Positions 7,774-17,520 of a stretch of DNA of 43,783 nt are shown here, piece after piece; position 1 is the stretch's first letter, and every line of letters starts with the position of its first letter. Made by a program: the position numbers and the translations under genes. The DNA is from Clostridia bacterium (GTDB taxonomy: Bacteria; Bacillota; Clostridia; Peptostreptococcales; Anaerovoracaceae): positions 1 to 43,783 of the forward strand of contig JAIKZT010000011.1 of NCBI GenBank assembly GCA_024682015.1, read 5' to 3'. The notes below the pieces were generated by a model, which was not told the origin of the DNA, made no database searches, and saw only the letters and a list, made by a program, of their open reading frames with translations.

Positions 7774-10700
7774 ATGGTTTATAGAATATTTGTGGAAAAG
7801 AAGCCCGGCTTTGACCTGGAAGCGAAGAGCATGCTGGCGGATCTGAAGTCCAGCCTGGGCATCGACGCGCTGGAAAACGTGCGGATGTTCAACCGCTACG
7901 ACGCCCAGAACCTGTCGAAGGAGCAGTTCGACTACGCCGTGAAGTATGTCTTCTCCGAGCCGCAGATGGACATCGCTTCGGAAGCGCCCGACTTCGGCGA
8001 TGCGACCGTCTTCGCCGTGGAGTTCCTGCCCGGCCAGTTCGACCAGAGAGCCGACTCCGCCGTGCAGTGCATCCAGCTCATCTTCCAGGGCGAGCGTCCC
8101 CTCACCCGCTCCGCGCGCGTCTACGCGCTGTACGGCGATCTGAGCGAAAAGGACGTGAACGCCATCAAGAAATACGTCATCAACCCCGTCGAAGCCCGGG
8201 AAGCGGCGGCGGAAAAACCCGAAACGCTCGTCGTCAATTACGACATCCCGACCGAAGTCGCAACGGTCGAAGGCTTCATCGACATGGTCGACGAGGATCT
8301 GCCCCGGTACATCGCGGACAACGGCCTGGCCATGGATGAACAGGACCTGGCGATGGTCCGCGACTACTTCGCTTCAGAGCACAGAGACCCGACCATCACC
8401 GAGATCAAGATGATCGACACCTACTGGTCGGATCACTGCCGCCACACGACGTTCAACACCGTCATCGACGACGTTACGTTCGAGGACGAGCTGCTGCAGA
8501 ACGCCTGGAACGACTACATGAACACCCGCAAGTTCCTCGGCCGCACGAAGCCCGTCTGCCTCATGGATCTGGCCACCATCGCGGTGAAGCAGCTCAAGAG
8601 CGAAGGCAAGATGGACAAACTCGACGAATCCGACGAGATCAACGCCTGCACCATCAAGATGACCGTGAACCACGACGGCAAGGAAGAGCCCTGGCTGCTG
8701 CTGTTCAAGAACGAGACGCACAACCACCCGACGGAGATCGAGCCGTTCGGCGGCGCGGCGACCTGCACGGGCGGCATCATCCGTGACCCGCTTTCGGGCA
8801 GAGCCTACGTATACGCGGCCATGAGGGTCAGCGGCGCGGCGGATCCGACGCGGCCTTTAAGCGAAGCGCTTCCCGGAAAGATCCCCCAGAAGCGCCTGAC
8901 CCAGACCGCAGCCGCGGGCAACTCCTCCTACGGCAACCAGATCGGCCTGCCGGCCGGCGTCGTGGAAGAGATCTACCACCCCGGCTACGTGGCCAAGAGA
9001 ATGGAGCTCGGCGCGGTCGTAGCGGCCGCTCCCGCGGAGAACGTCCGCAGAGAAGTGCCCGCTCCCGGAGACGTCGTCATCCTGCTCGGCGGCGGTACGG
9101 GCCGCGACGGCATCGGCGGCGCGACCGGCGCGTCCAAAGCGCACGACGTGCATTCCGTCGAGACCTGCGGCGCGGAAGTCCAGAAGGGCAACGCTCCGGA
9201 GGAAAGAAAGATGCAGAGGCTGTTCCGCAACGGCGAAGCGACGCGGCTCATCAAGCGCTGCAACGACTTCGGCGCCGGCGGCGTATCCGTCGCGATCGGC
9301 GAACTGGCGGACGGCCTGGACATCAACCTCGACCTCGTTCCCAAGAAGTACGAAGGCCTGGACGGCACGGAACTGGCCATCTCCGAATCCCAGGAGAGAA
9401 TGGCCTGCTGCGTGGCCGCCGAGGATGTCGAAAAGTTCCTGGCGCTGGCGGCTGAGGAAAACCTGAACGCCGTGCCCGTGGCGAAGGTCACCGACACGAA
9501 CCGCCTCGTGATGCACTGGAACGGCAAGACCATCGTGGACATCTCCCGGTCCTTCCTAAACACGAACGGCGCGGACAAGCACATTACCGCTGCGCCCGCA
9601 CCCGCCGTCTGGGACGAAGAGCTGGCGGAAGGCAGCTTTGTCGATAATCTGAAGAGAGTTGCCGGCGACCTGAATTCCTGCTCCCGCAGAGGCATGGTCG
9701 AACGCTTCGATTCCAACGTTGGCGCAGCAACCGTCCTGTCCCCGTTCGGCGGCAAATATCAGCGCACGCCCATCCAGGCGATGGTCCACAAGGTCGCCGT
9801 CGAAAAGGGCGACACCGATACCTGTTCGCTGATGGCGTTCGGCTTCAACCCGTTCATCTCCAGCAGCAGTCCCTACCACGGCGCGTACCTGGCGGTCGTG
9901 GAATCCTGCGCCAAGCTCGTCGCAGCCGGCGCGGAATTCAAGGACGTCTATCTCACGTTCCAGGAGTACTTCGAGAAGCTCGGCAAGGACCCGAAGCGCT
10001 GGGGCAAGCCGCTCGCGGCCCTGCTCGGCGCGTTTGAGGCGCAGATGGCGCTCGGCGTCGGCGCGATCGGCGGCAAGGACTCCATGAGCGGTACGTTCGA
10101 AAACCTCGACGTTCCGCCCACGCTCGTCTCCTTCGCGGTGACCACGGACAAGATCGATCACATCATTTCCAACGAATTCAAGGCTCCCGGCCACAAGGTC
10201 GTCTGGATCCGCCCCGAGATGAATGAGGCGGGCCTGCCCACCGGCGAATCCCTGATGAAGATCTTCGGCGAGGTCACAGAGCTGCAGAGATCCGGCAAGG
10301 CCGCCGCCGTTTACACGCCCGGCATGGGCGGCGTGGCAGCAGCCGTCATGAAGATGGCCTTCGGCAACCGGATCGGGTTCTCCTTCGCGGACGACCTCGA
10401 CCTGCAGGATGTCTTCGCAACCTCCTACGGTTCTTTCATCGTCGAGATGGCAGACGGCTACTGCGAGAAGTGCGCGGCGAAGGTCGCGCCCGAAAGCACG
10501 CTGCTGGGCGTTACGACAGAGGAGGAAGCGTTCACGGCGGGCGAAGAGAGCATCAGCATCGCGGATGTCGCGGAGATCTATGAGAGCCGCCTCGAAGACG
10601 TCTTCCCCTGCAACATCCCCACGGAAGAAGACGCTCCGATCGAGACGTTCAGTTCGGACAAGAAATGCTTCGCCGCCCCGGCCATCAAGGTCGCGAAGCC

Positions 10701-11493
10701 CCGCGTGTTCATCCCGGCCTTCCCGGGCACGAACAGCGAGTATGACTCCGCCAAATACGCGGAGGCGGCCGGCGCAGAAGCGAAGATCTGCGTCATCCGC
10801 AACCTCACTCCGGACGACATCCAGCGCTCCGTCGAGGAAGTGGCCGAGGAGATCGCAAAGAGCCAGATGATCTTCATCCCGGGCGGTTTCTCCGGCGGCG
10901 ATGAACCGGACGGATCCGGCAAATTCATCACGGCGTTCTTCCGCAGCGGCGCCATCAAGGAAGCCGTTACGGAGCTGCTCGAAAAACGGGACGGTCTGAT
11001 GCTGGGCGTCTGCAACGGATTCCAGGCCCTCGTCAAGCTCGGCCTCGTTCCCTACGGAAAGATCATCGACACCGACGAGAACTGCCCGACCGTCACGTTC
11101 AACAAGATCGGCCGCCTGCAAAGCAAGATCGTGCGCACGCGCATCAGCTCCTGCATGTCGCCGTGGCTGGCGAAGACCCAGGTGGGCGACGTCTACAACG
11201 TGGCCATCTCCCACGGTGAAGGGCGCTTCTACGCGAGCGAAGAGCTGATCCGAAAGCTGGCTGCCAACGGACAGATCGCGGCGCAGTACGTCGACCTCGA
11301 CGGAAAGCCGTCCATGAGCGTGGACGTTACGCCGAACGGCTCCGCTTATGCCATCGAAGGCATCACCTCGCCCGACGGCCGCGTCTTCGGCAAGATGGGC
11401 CACATCGAGCGCTACAGCAAGGGTATCTTCCGCAACATCCCGGGCAACTACGACCCGAAGCTGATGGAAGCGGCGGTGGAATACTTCAAATAG
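7774..11493 (+). CDS. purL: Phosphoribosylformylglycinamidine synthase, single-chain (PurS/PurL/PurQ fused)
   Basis: About 1240 aa with the FGAM synthetase core and a C-terminal glutaminase (GVCNGFQAL, HGEGRF). GGAGGA at 7759-7764 favours ATG 7774 over GTG 7768. Confidence 0.92.
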   Translation: MVYRIFVEKKPGFDLEAKSMLADLKSSLGIDALENVRMFNRYDAQNLSKEQFDYAVKYVFSEPQMDIASEAPDFGDATVFAVEFLPGQFDQRADSAVQCIQLIFQGERPLTRSARVYALYGDLSEKDVNAIKKYVINPVEAREAAAEKPETLVVNYDIPTEVATVEGFIDMVDEDLPRYIADNGLAMDEQDLAMVRDYFASEHRDPTITEIKMIDTYWSDHCRHTTFNTVIDDVTFEDELLQNAWNDYMNTRKFLGRTKPVCLMDLATIAVKQLKSEGKMDKLDESDEINACTIKMTVNHDGKEEPWLLLFKNETHNHPTEIEPFGGAATCTGGIIRDPLSGRAYVYAAMRVSGAADPTRPLSEALPGKIPQKRLTQTAAAGNSSYGNQIGLPAGVVEEIYHPGYVAKRMELGAVVAAAPAENVRREVPAPGDVVILLGGGTGRDGIGGATGASKAHDVHSVETCGAEVQKGNAPEERKMQRLFRNGEATRLIKRCNDFGAGGVSVAIGELADGLDINLDLVPKKYEGLDGTELAISESQERMACCVAAEDVEKFLALAAEENLNAVPVAKVTDTNRLVMHWNGKTIVDISRSFLNTNGADKHITAAPAPAVWDEELAEGSFVDNLKRVAGDLNSCSRRGMVERFDSNVGAATVLSPFGGKYQRTPIQAMVHKVAVEKGDTDTCSLMAFGFNPFISSSSPYHGAYLAVVESCAKLVAAGAEFKDVYLTFQEYFEKLGKDPKRWGKPLAALLGAFEAQMALGVGAIGGKDSMSGTFENLDVPPTLVSFAVTTDKIDHIISNEFKAPGHKVVWIRPEMNEAGLPTGESLMKIFGEVTELQRSGKAAAVYTPGMGGVAAAVMKMAFGNRIGFSFADDLDLQDVFATSYGSFIVEMADGYCEKCAAKVAPESTLLGVTTEEEAFTAGEESISIADVAEIYESRLEDVFPCNIPTEEDAPIETFSSDKKCFAAPAIKVAKPRVFIPAFPGTNSEYDSAKYAEAAGAEAKICVIRNLTPDDIQRSVEEVAEEIAKSQMIFIPGGFSGGDEPDGSGKFITAFFRSGAIKEAVTELLEKRDGLMLGVCNGFQALVKLGLVPYGKIIDTDENCPTVTFNKIGRLQSKIVRTRISSCMSPWLAKTQVGDVYNVAISHGEGRFYASEELIRKLAANGQIAAQYVDLDGKPSMSVDVTPNGSAYAIEGITSPDGRVFGKMGHIERYSKGIFRNIPGNYDPKLMEAAVEYFK

Positions 11494-11496
11494 CGC

Positions 11497-11525
11497 TTGC
11501 AAATTGGCAAAATCTGTGATATATA
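11497..11525 (+). promoter_or_regulatory. Sigma-A-type promoter directly after purL, driving a short transcript
   Basis: TTGCAA (11497-11502), 17-nt spacer, TG at 11517-11518 (extended -10), TATATA (11520-11525). Confidence 0.55.
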
Positions 11526-11531
11526 TGATTT

Positions 11532-11621
11532 GAGGGACGAAAATACCGCTGTTGGACGGCGGTGTCTCCTCTAAAAGTTGAGTAGAATCAGCCGCTTATC
11601 CAGCGGCTGATCCTATTTTTT
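11532..11621 (+). ncRNA. Candidate ~90-nt sRNA, putative type I antitoxin convergent with the small toxin-like ORF
   Basis: Bounded by the promoter at 11497-11525 and the terminator hairpin at 11587-11611 plus T6. No ORF with an RBS. Contains a CUCCUC anti-SD-like tract. Its 3' end overlaps the 3' end of the minus-strand ORF. Confidence 0.4.
11587..11621. terminator. Bidirectional intrinsic terminator
   Basis: ATCAGCCGC-TTATCCA-GCGGCTGAT hairpin. Followed by CCTATTTTTTG on the + strand and TCTACTCAACTTTTAG on the - strand. Confidence 0.7.
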
Positions 11622-11702
11622 GCGGCCTTTCCAGGCCGCGGCTGCAATCAGGACCGTAAGCAACACCAAGGTGTATTGGAATAGTCCTTCATATGTCACC
11701 AT
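11613..11702 (-). CDS. 29-aa hydrophobic peptide resembling putative holin-like toxins (type I toxin candidate)
   Basis: MVTYEGLFQYTLVLLTVLIAAAAWKGRKK: one TM segment and a basic tail. Strong RBS AAGGAGGTGATCC before ATG 11702. The 62-aa track ORF start at 11801 has no RBS. Confidence 0.5.
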   Translation of the reverse strand: MVTYEGLFQYTLVLLTVLIAAAAWKGRKK

Positions 11703-11771
11703 AGGATCACCTCCTTTCCTTTGCCCGAAGGCTCCGTAATCAGAGGAGGCACCGCCCAGCGGTATGATGGA

Positions 11772-11801
11772 ATTGTAAATTATATCCAGTCTCTTTGTCA
11801 A
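11772..11801 (-). promoter_or_regulatory. Promoter for the small toxin-like ORF
   Basis: On the minus strand: TTGACA (11796-11801), 18-nt spacer, TACAAT (11772-11777). The predicted ~63-nt leader has GCCUCCU able to pair with the SD AGGAGGU. Confidence 0.5.
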
Positions 11802-11824
11802 GAAAAATTTACCATTATTTGCAT

Positions 11825-11856
11825 AAAAAAGAGACGGCCTGCAGACAAGCCGTCTC
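11825..11856 (-). terminator. Intrinsic terminator of the PNPOx-family gene
   Basis: GAGACGGC (11831-11838) / GCCGTCTC (11849-11856) hairpin, followed on the minus strand by TTTTTT. Confidence 0.7.
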
Positions 11857-11885
11857 AGCTGCTTTTGAGCTGTCCTTCGCGCCTT

Positions 11886-12284
11886 TTAGAACCGGATCTC
11901 CCGGGGCGGCGCCGTAAAGGAACTGATGGTGGCAACAGCCTCCGTGATGCGATAAACCACGGCGTTACCGTCGCCGGGCGCATACATGGCCTTCAGATCC
12001 GGATAGGATTCCAGCATGTGGGCGACGGCCTCCACGCTGTCATCCGCGACAGCCTTGCCGCATACGCGGATCCATTCGCTGCCGTTGAAAGCGCAGATCT
12101 CGACCTTGGGGTTGGACTCCATCTGCTTGGACACGTCCTTCACCTTGCCAGTCTGAATCGTCAGGCATCCGTCGTAGAGATCCACCGTGCCGAAGGGCCG
12201 TACCCGGGGCTGATCGCCGTCCGCCGTAGCCAGATAATACGTACCGCATGCCTTTAAAAATTCATACACTTCGTTCATAAACAT
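11886..12284 (-). CDS. Pyridoxamine 5'-phosphate oxidase family (FMN-binding split-barrel) protein
   Basis: Small split-barrel-like sequence (GTYYLATADGDQPRVRPFG...); AGGAGA RBS. Confidence 0.6.
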   Translation of the reverse strand: MFMNEVYEFLKACGTYYLATADGDQPRVRPFGTVDLYDGCLTIQTGKVKDVSKQMESNPKVEICAFNGSEWIRVCGKAVADDSVEAVAHMLESYPDLKAMYAPGDGNAVVYRITEAVATISSFTAPPREIRF

Positions 12285-12296
12285 TGTCTCCTATTC

Positions 12297-12710
12297 TTAA
12301 AACCTCGCTTCAATGTATCTGTTTAATTTTTTTGTGTCGTACTCGCCCTTGAAGTTGCTCTGGAAGCGCTTGACCGTAAAGCTGTTGAACTCGACGATGT
12401 GGCGGTATCGGATGAGCCCCACGACAAAGGGTATGCCCGCGCACACCCATCCGAAAGGCGCCGTCCTGATGCAGGCGGTGAAGAGCACGAACAGCATGAG
12501 CGCTGAGATGATGACGCCGGCGATCTGTTTTTTCGGCAGCAGGTCCTTCACCGTCTGCCGCGCGATGACGCCCTCCCGCACCATCTCCTCGCTGAACTGC
12601 TTCAGCACCGTAAACTGCGCCACCGTCGTCAGCAGCACCGGCACAACGCCGAAAAATGTGAAGAGAGCCAGCAGCACGTCGCCGATGAGCTGTCCCATAT
12701 TGCCGTTCAT
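12297..12710 (-). CDS. Hypothetical integral membrane protein
   Basis: Three to four hydrophobic segments. GAGAGGAG RBS favours ATG 12710 over the TTG at 12716. Confidence 0.55.
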   Translation of the reverse strand: MNGNMGQLIGDVLLALFTFFGVVPVLLTTVAQFTVLKQFSEEMVREGVIARQTVKDLLPKKQIAGVIISALMLFVLFTACIRTAPFGWVCAGIPFVVGLIRYRHIVEFNSFTVKRFQSNFKGEYDTKKLNRYIEARF

Positions 12711-12723
12711 ACGCAAACTCCTC

Positions 12724-13626
12724 TCAAATGAAATCCTCTATCCATTGTAACACGGAAAGGTCCGGCTGCGTGGAAAAGTTGCCCATGCGCTTGATAAGCC
12801 GGGCGTTTTCGCCGTGGTCATCCGATCCCCGCGACACGAGCAGGCCCAGGCGCTTCGCCATGTCCAGCAGAAATTCCGTCTGCTCGGGGCTGTGCGTGGG
12901 GTAGTAGCATTCGATGCCGGCAAGGCCGGCCTGAGCCAGCCCCCGTATGACCGCCTCCATGCGCCGGCGGTACGTTTCGTCTGATTCGTCCCTGTCCGGC
13001 TTGAATGACAGCTGGAACGGATGGGCAAAAAAGGCCTTGCCGCCCGCCCCGTTGATCAGGGCGATCGCCTCCTCCGCGGGTATCTTGTAGCGATGGACGG
13101 CCTTCACCTCGGGACTGGCCAGCAGGTCGGTCCTGTCGAACGCTTCCTCCGGCCTTTCGCACACGCCTCTGTCCGTGAACAGCCGGGCAAAGGCAACTTT
13201 GCCCACGAAACCGTTCACGGCGTAGCTCTTCAGCTCCTCCATCGTCATCGGATACCCCTTCGCGACGAAGATCTGCCGCAGGCTTTCGTTGCGGGCAGCG
13301 CGCTTCTCCAGGATGAAGGCGAGCTTTTTCTTCAGCGGCTCATAACCGGGATCCATTCCGTAGCCGAGGATGTGCATGTAGTGCGAAACGCCTTCAAATC
13401 CCTCGACGGGCGCTTCCCAGACGGCGGAGAACTCCACGCCGCGGATGACGGGCAGTCCCAGCCGCTTTCCTTCCGCGACAGCTTCCTCCACGCCGCCCAT
13501 GCCGTCGTGGTCCGTGATGGCGCAGACGTCGCAGTCCGCTTTCAGAGCGCGTCTCACCACGACCGCGGGCGCCTCCTTGCCGTCGCTGTAATACGTATGC
13601 ATATGCAGATCAGGGTTGTTGATCAT
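12724..13626 (-). CDS. PHP-domain metal-dependent phosphoesterase
   Basis: DLHMHTYYSDG and AITDHD motifs. ATG 13626 overlaps the addA stop by 17 nt. The longer track ORF (to 13830) lies out of frame over the addA C-terminus. Confidence 0.75.
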   Translation of the reverse strand: MINNPDLHMHTYYSDGKEAPAVVVRRALKADCDVCAITDHDGMGGVEEAVAEGKRLGLPVIRGVEFSAVWEAPVEGFEGVSHYMHILGYGMDPGYEPLKKKLAFILEKRAARNESLRQIFVAKGYPMTMEELKSYAVNGFVGKVAFARLFTDRGVCERPEEAFDRTDLLASPEVKAVHRYKIPAEEAIALINGAGGKAFFAHPFQLSFKPDRDESDETYRRRMEAVIRGLAQAGLAGIECYYPTHSPEQTEFLLDMAKRLGLLVSRGSDDHGENARLIKRMGNFSTQPDLSVLQWIEDFI

Positions 13627-16600
13627 CGATGGACAGCTCCTCGTCAATTCCAAACAGATAGAGAACGGCTTTTCGCACCGGTTTTCCGGTGATCCCTTCC
13701 AAAGCCTCCCGATACAGGGCCAGCTGTGGGAGATACTCCTCGCGCAGGCGCGCCATCTCCTCCTCGCGCCGGCCGCGGTCGACGTAGTTCGACTTGTAGT
13801 CCACGAGAACCCAGCCGCCATCCTCTTCAAAATAGCAGTCGATGGTGCCCTGAACGAGCACGGTCCGCCCGTCGAGCTCGTGGCTCATCGTGAAGGGCGC
13901 TTCCTTGCGCAGCGTTCCGGCCGTTGCCGCTTTTCGCGCCGCGAGGCCGACCGCTGACCCGAAGAACGCGCAGACGCGGTCCGGGTCCACGACGGAGCGC
14001 TCATCCTCCGTCAGGACGTGCTTTTCGAGCAGGCCGTCCATGAAGGACGAGACCTCCATCGGCTCGTACGATTCCCACGTGAACGGCAGATGCTCCATGA
14101 TAGTGTGGTAGGCAGTCCCGCGCGCCGCCGCGCTCATGCGGCGCTTTCCGGACAGAAAGACGGGCAGCTTCGCCGGCGCATCGGGATCGGGCACGATGCC
14201 CGCGTCCGCTCCTTGAGGCGGGTCATCCGACGAAAGCCCTTCCGCCTCCAGCCGGCGGGGCAGCGCAGACTTTTCCCGGGCCATCCGCGCGATCTGGGAT
14301 ACGCTGTACTTGCGCTTTTCCTGCTCCGAAAGCTCCGAGCTGCTGTCGAAGGCGAGGCGCGAGGCGATCTCGGCGCGCAGCGCTTCATCCAGTTCTTCGG
14401 AGGACACATGAAAGCCCGTCCGCAGATCCCGCGCGAGATCCTCCGATTCCTGCAGAGCCTGTTTCTTCGCGTCCTGCAGCGTTCGCTGCGGCACGATCTC
14501 GAGGCAGTCTTCCCCCAGCAGGGAGAGCAGCAGCGTCGCGTAGTCCGGCGCGCGGGCGATGTCCGACGGCGCCAGGCAGCGCGCGTTCTTCCGCTTGGAA
14601 TCCGCATTTCTCGCCGTCGCCGTCATCAGGAGGACGTCCTTGGGGCGGGTCAGCGCCACGTAGAGCACGCGGACCTCCTCGGCCAATTCCTCCGCCTTCT
14701 TCCGCTTTCGGATGAGTTCCATGGAAAGCGGTTCGTGATAGAGGCCTGTCTTCGGATTCACGAGGCGCAGCGACGCGCCCATGTCCTTGTGGAAGGCCGC
14801 CAGCGACGTATCCTGCCGGTTGTTGCGCGATTTGCCCAGGCCCGCCAGCAGCACGAAGGGGAATTCGAGGCCTTTGCTCTTGTGGATGGTCATGATGCGC
14901 ACGACGTCTTCGCTTTCGGACATCACCTTCGCCTGGCCGACGGAGACCTTCAGCTCCTTGCCGGCGATCGCGTCGATGTAGTTGATGAATCCGTACAGCC
15001 CTCCCACGTCCTTCGCGTCGTACTCCTGCGCCTTTTCCGTGAGCGTCCGCAGGTTCGCCAGCCGCTGCACGCCTTCCGGCGCAGCTCCGGCGAATACCGC
15101 GTAGCCCGTCTCGTCCAGCAGCTGCCACAGGAAATCGCCCAAAGGCATGTACTGCGCTTCGCGCCGCCACCGATCCAATTTTGCCGCGAAGGCTGCGCAT
15201 CTGTCCCGAAGAAGCCCTTCGGGTCCTTCCTCGCAGTATTCCGCGAAAATGCGGTTGTACGGCGCGCGCGTTTCACCCCGTCCCATGGCCCAGATACGGA
15301 TGTCCGCCAGGTCCGATGCGCAAAAGCCAAAGACCGGCGCGCGCAGGACGGACAGCAGCGGCACGTCCTGGCTGCGGTTGTCGATGAGCCTCAGCAGGTT
15401 CAGAAACACCTGGATCTCCACCGTGTCGAAGTACCCTTCGCTGCGCTCGAGATAGACCGGGATGCCCGCTTCCAGGAACGTCTTATAGAAGACCTCGCCG
15501 TCGTTTCTCGTCGCCCGCATCAGCACGGCCATGTCGCGGTACGCAAGAGGCCTGTCCTGCTTCGCGGGATCCTTCACCTTGCCGTCGTGAATGGTCTTGC
15601 CATGGTACTCGCGGATGAGCCGCGCGGCCTGCAGCGCTTCCAGCTCCGCCGCCTTCAGCTCCTCGATCTCCTCGTCGACGGACGGGCCGCCGGCGGAACC
15701 GATCTCCCCGCCGCCAGCCTCGCCGCTTTCGCCGGCATCATCCGACGCATCCTCCGCCATATCCACGAGGTAAAACCGGGGCGGATACAGGTGCTCGCCT
15801 TCGTAGGTGGCGCCTTCGACGAGGCGCTGATCCTGCGTATAATCCATGCCGCAGGAGCTGCGGGTCATCAGCTGTTCGAAAACCCGGTTGACGAGTGCGA
15901 TCACCGGACTTTTGCTGCGGAAATTGCTGTTCAGCGCGATGAGCTCGCCGCCATCGCCTGTCCTGAACGCTTCCGCCTTCCGCAGGAACAGCTCGGGCTC
16001 GGCCAGGCGGAACTTGTAGATGCTCTGCTTGACGTCGCCGACCATGAAGACGTTGTCGCCCCGGGACACGTTGCGGATGAGTTCTTCCTGCACCATGTTG
16101 CTGTCCTGATACTCGTCCACGAAGATGCAGGAGAACTTTTCGCGGTATTCGCGGCGCACGTTCTCGTCCTTCAGGATCTGCAGCGCGAAGTGTTCTATAT
16201 CCCCGAAATCCAGCAGCCCCAGAAGGCTCTTTTTCGCCCCGTAGCGCGCCGAAAAGTCTTTCGTAAGGGAAATGAGCGTCCGCAGGGGTTTGAGGCCCAT
16301 TTCGCGCTCTTTTTCGAGCTCCTCGCGGGTGACCCCCAGATAGTCCTTCTTCGCTGCGTCGAGGTGCTTCTTCGCATTAGCCCGAAGGCCCTGGACGATT
16401 TCTTTGACGGCTTCCCAATCCGCCTTCTCCGCCTTGGAGGCTGCCAGCGTCGTAAACTTGGCGGGCAGCGCGGCCAGCGCGCCGGAAAAATCGCCTGTCC
16501 GCGCGTGCGCATGCGCCGCCTCGAAGCACAGCATGTCCAGGCGGACCTTTTCCTCCAGGCGAGGAAGTCCCGACAGCTCCTCGCAGGCCTTTTCAAAATA

Positions 16601-17260
16601 CGCGTGCGCCGCGAGGATGTGCGACGAGGCCTGCTGCGCGGCGAAATCCAGGAAGACATCCGCGTCGCCCGGACCTGCCAGGCTGTCCATCCACTCGTCC
16701 GGATAGGGCAGGCTCTGGAGAACTTTATGGAACGAAAGGATCATGCCGCGGACGGGTTCGTCGCTGTCGGGCCGGGCATAGCAGTCCAGGAAGGCGCGGA
16801 AATCCCCGTCTTCTGCGGCATAGCGCTCTTCCATCAGCTCGTCCATCGCCTCCCGCATGAGGACCTCCTGACGGGATTCGTCGCAGATCCCCAGGCCCGG
16901 CTGGATGCCGATCACGTGGTAGTACCGGTGAACGATCTCCAGGGCGAAACTGCTGAACGTGCTGATGTTGGCCCGCCCGATGCCGGACAGCTGCGCGCGC
17001 AGGCGCCTTTGCTCGGCCGGATCCTTCTCCGCTGCCAGCCTTTCGCTGAGCGTGCCGTAGATGCGGTGCTTCATCTCCGCGGCGGCAGCGTTCGTGAACG
17101 TGACGATGAGCATGCTGTCCAGATCCACGCGGTCCTCAAGAATGAGCTTCTTCACGCGTTCCGCGAGCACGGACGTCTTGCCCGAACCCGCTGCCGCGGA
17201 TACGAGAAAATTGTTTCCATTTGCCTCGATCGCTCTCTTCTGACTGTCTGTCCAGGCCAT
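13610..17260 (-). CDS. addA: ATP-dependent helicase/nuclease subunit A (AddA/RexA type)
   Basis: UvrD-type Walker A VSAAAGSGKTS. C-terminal RecB-like nuclease motif GTIDCYFEEDGGWVLVDYKS. AAGGAGAG RBS before ATG 17260. Confidence 0.88.
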   Translation of the reverse strand: MAWTDSQKRAIEANGNNFLVSAAAGSGKTSVLAERVKKLILEDRVDLDSMLIVTFTNAAAAEMKHRIYGTLSERLAAEKDPAEQRRLRAQLSGIGRANISTFSSFALEIVHRYYHVIGIQPGLGICDESRQEVLMREAMDELMEERYAAEDGDFRAFLDCYARPDSDEPVRGMILSFHKVLQSLPYPDEWMDSLAGPGDADVFLDFAAQQASSHILAAHAYFEKACEELSGLPRLEEKVRLDMLCFEAAHAHARTGDFSGALAALPAKFTTLAASKAEKADWEAVKEIVQGLRANAKKHLDAAKKDYLGVTREELEKEREMGLKPLRTLISLTKDFSARYGAKKSLLGLLDFGDIEHFALQILKDENVRREYREKFSCIFVDEYQDSNMVQEELIRNVSRGDNVFMVGDVKQSIYKFRLAEPELFLRKAEAFRTGDGGELIALNSNFRSKSPVIALVNRVFEQLMTRSSCGMDYTQDQRLVEGATYEGEHLYPPRFYLVDMAEDASDDAGESGEAGGGEIGSAGGPSVDEEIEELKAAELEALQAARLIREYHGKTIHDGKVKDPAKQDRPLAYRDMAVLMRATRNDGEVFYKTFLEAGIPVYLERSEGYFDTVEIQVFLNLLRLIDNRSQDVPLLSVLRAPVFGFCASDLADIRIWAMGRGETRAPYNRIFAEYCEEGPEGLLRDRCAAFAAKLDRWRREAQYMPLGDFLWQLLDETGYAVFAGAAPEGVQRLANLRTLTEKAQEYDAKDVGGLYGFINYIDAIAGKELKVSVGQAKVMSESEDVVRIMTIHKSKGLEFPFVLLAGLGKSRNNRQDTSLAAFHKDMGASLRLVNPKTGLYHEPLSMELIRKRKKAEELAEEVRVLYVALTRPKDVLLMTATARNADSKRKNARCLAPSDIARAPDYATLLLSLLGEDCLEIVPQRTLQDAKKQALQESEDLARDLRTGFHVSSEELDEALRAEIASRLAFDSSSELSEQEKRKYSVSQIARMAREKSALPRRLEAEGLSSDDPPQGADAGIVPDPDAPAKLPVFLSGKRRMSAAARGTAYHTIMEHLPFTWESYEPMEVSSFMDGLLEKHVLTEDERSVVDPDRVCAFFGSAVGLAARKAATAGTLRKEAPFTMSHELDGRTVLVQGTIDCYFEEDGGWVLVDYKSNYVDRGRREEEMARLREEYLPQLALYREALEGITGKPVRKAVLYLFGIDEELSIDDQQP

Positions 17261-17347
17261 GTGCTCTCCTTGTATGAATACAGCCAATTGCTCAAATGTC
17301 TTCGGGGTCCTGTCGGCCGACCATTATTATCCAAGCTATGATATAAT

Positions 17348-17520
17348 GTCCTGCCAGCAATGGAATGTCCTTAAGCGTATGACGCGAGGATCCGCTATCC
17401 ATAAGCGAGGTCGTCGCAAGCGCTGCCCGCAGGGCCCGACGAAGGAGGGGCGGAGGGCAAAAGCGGGCCGAGCGTTGGATAGCGGTTCAAGCCTGCCAGA
17501 GGGGCAACTCCACATTTCAC
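17348..17520 (+). ncRNA. Unclassified structured RNA candidate in the addA-gpmI intergenic region; strand uncertain
   Basis: Extended -10 TGaTATAAT at 17339-17347. Perfect 10-bp long-range helix 17392-17401/17476-17485 encloses helix 17425-17430/17463-17468 and small hairpins. No ORF with an RBS. A minus-strand TATAAT at 17521-17526 makes an addA leader an alternative. Confidence 0.3.

Noticed and set aside
12724-13830. 368-aa version of the PHP gene starting at 13830
   Set aside because: The extra 68 residues lie out of frame over the addA C-terminus and are Arg/Trp/Cys-rich. The PHP motif starts immediately after ATG 13626.
17348-17520. Assignment of the addA-gpmI structured element as SRP RNA or 6S RNA
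   Set aside because: Only a short 5' segment resembles my recollection of Bacillus SRP RNA. The invariant domain IV GGAA tetraloop/AGCAGC motif is missing, and no 6S-like closing stem plus central bubble could be drawn. It is kept as unclassified.
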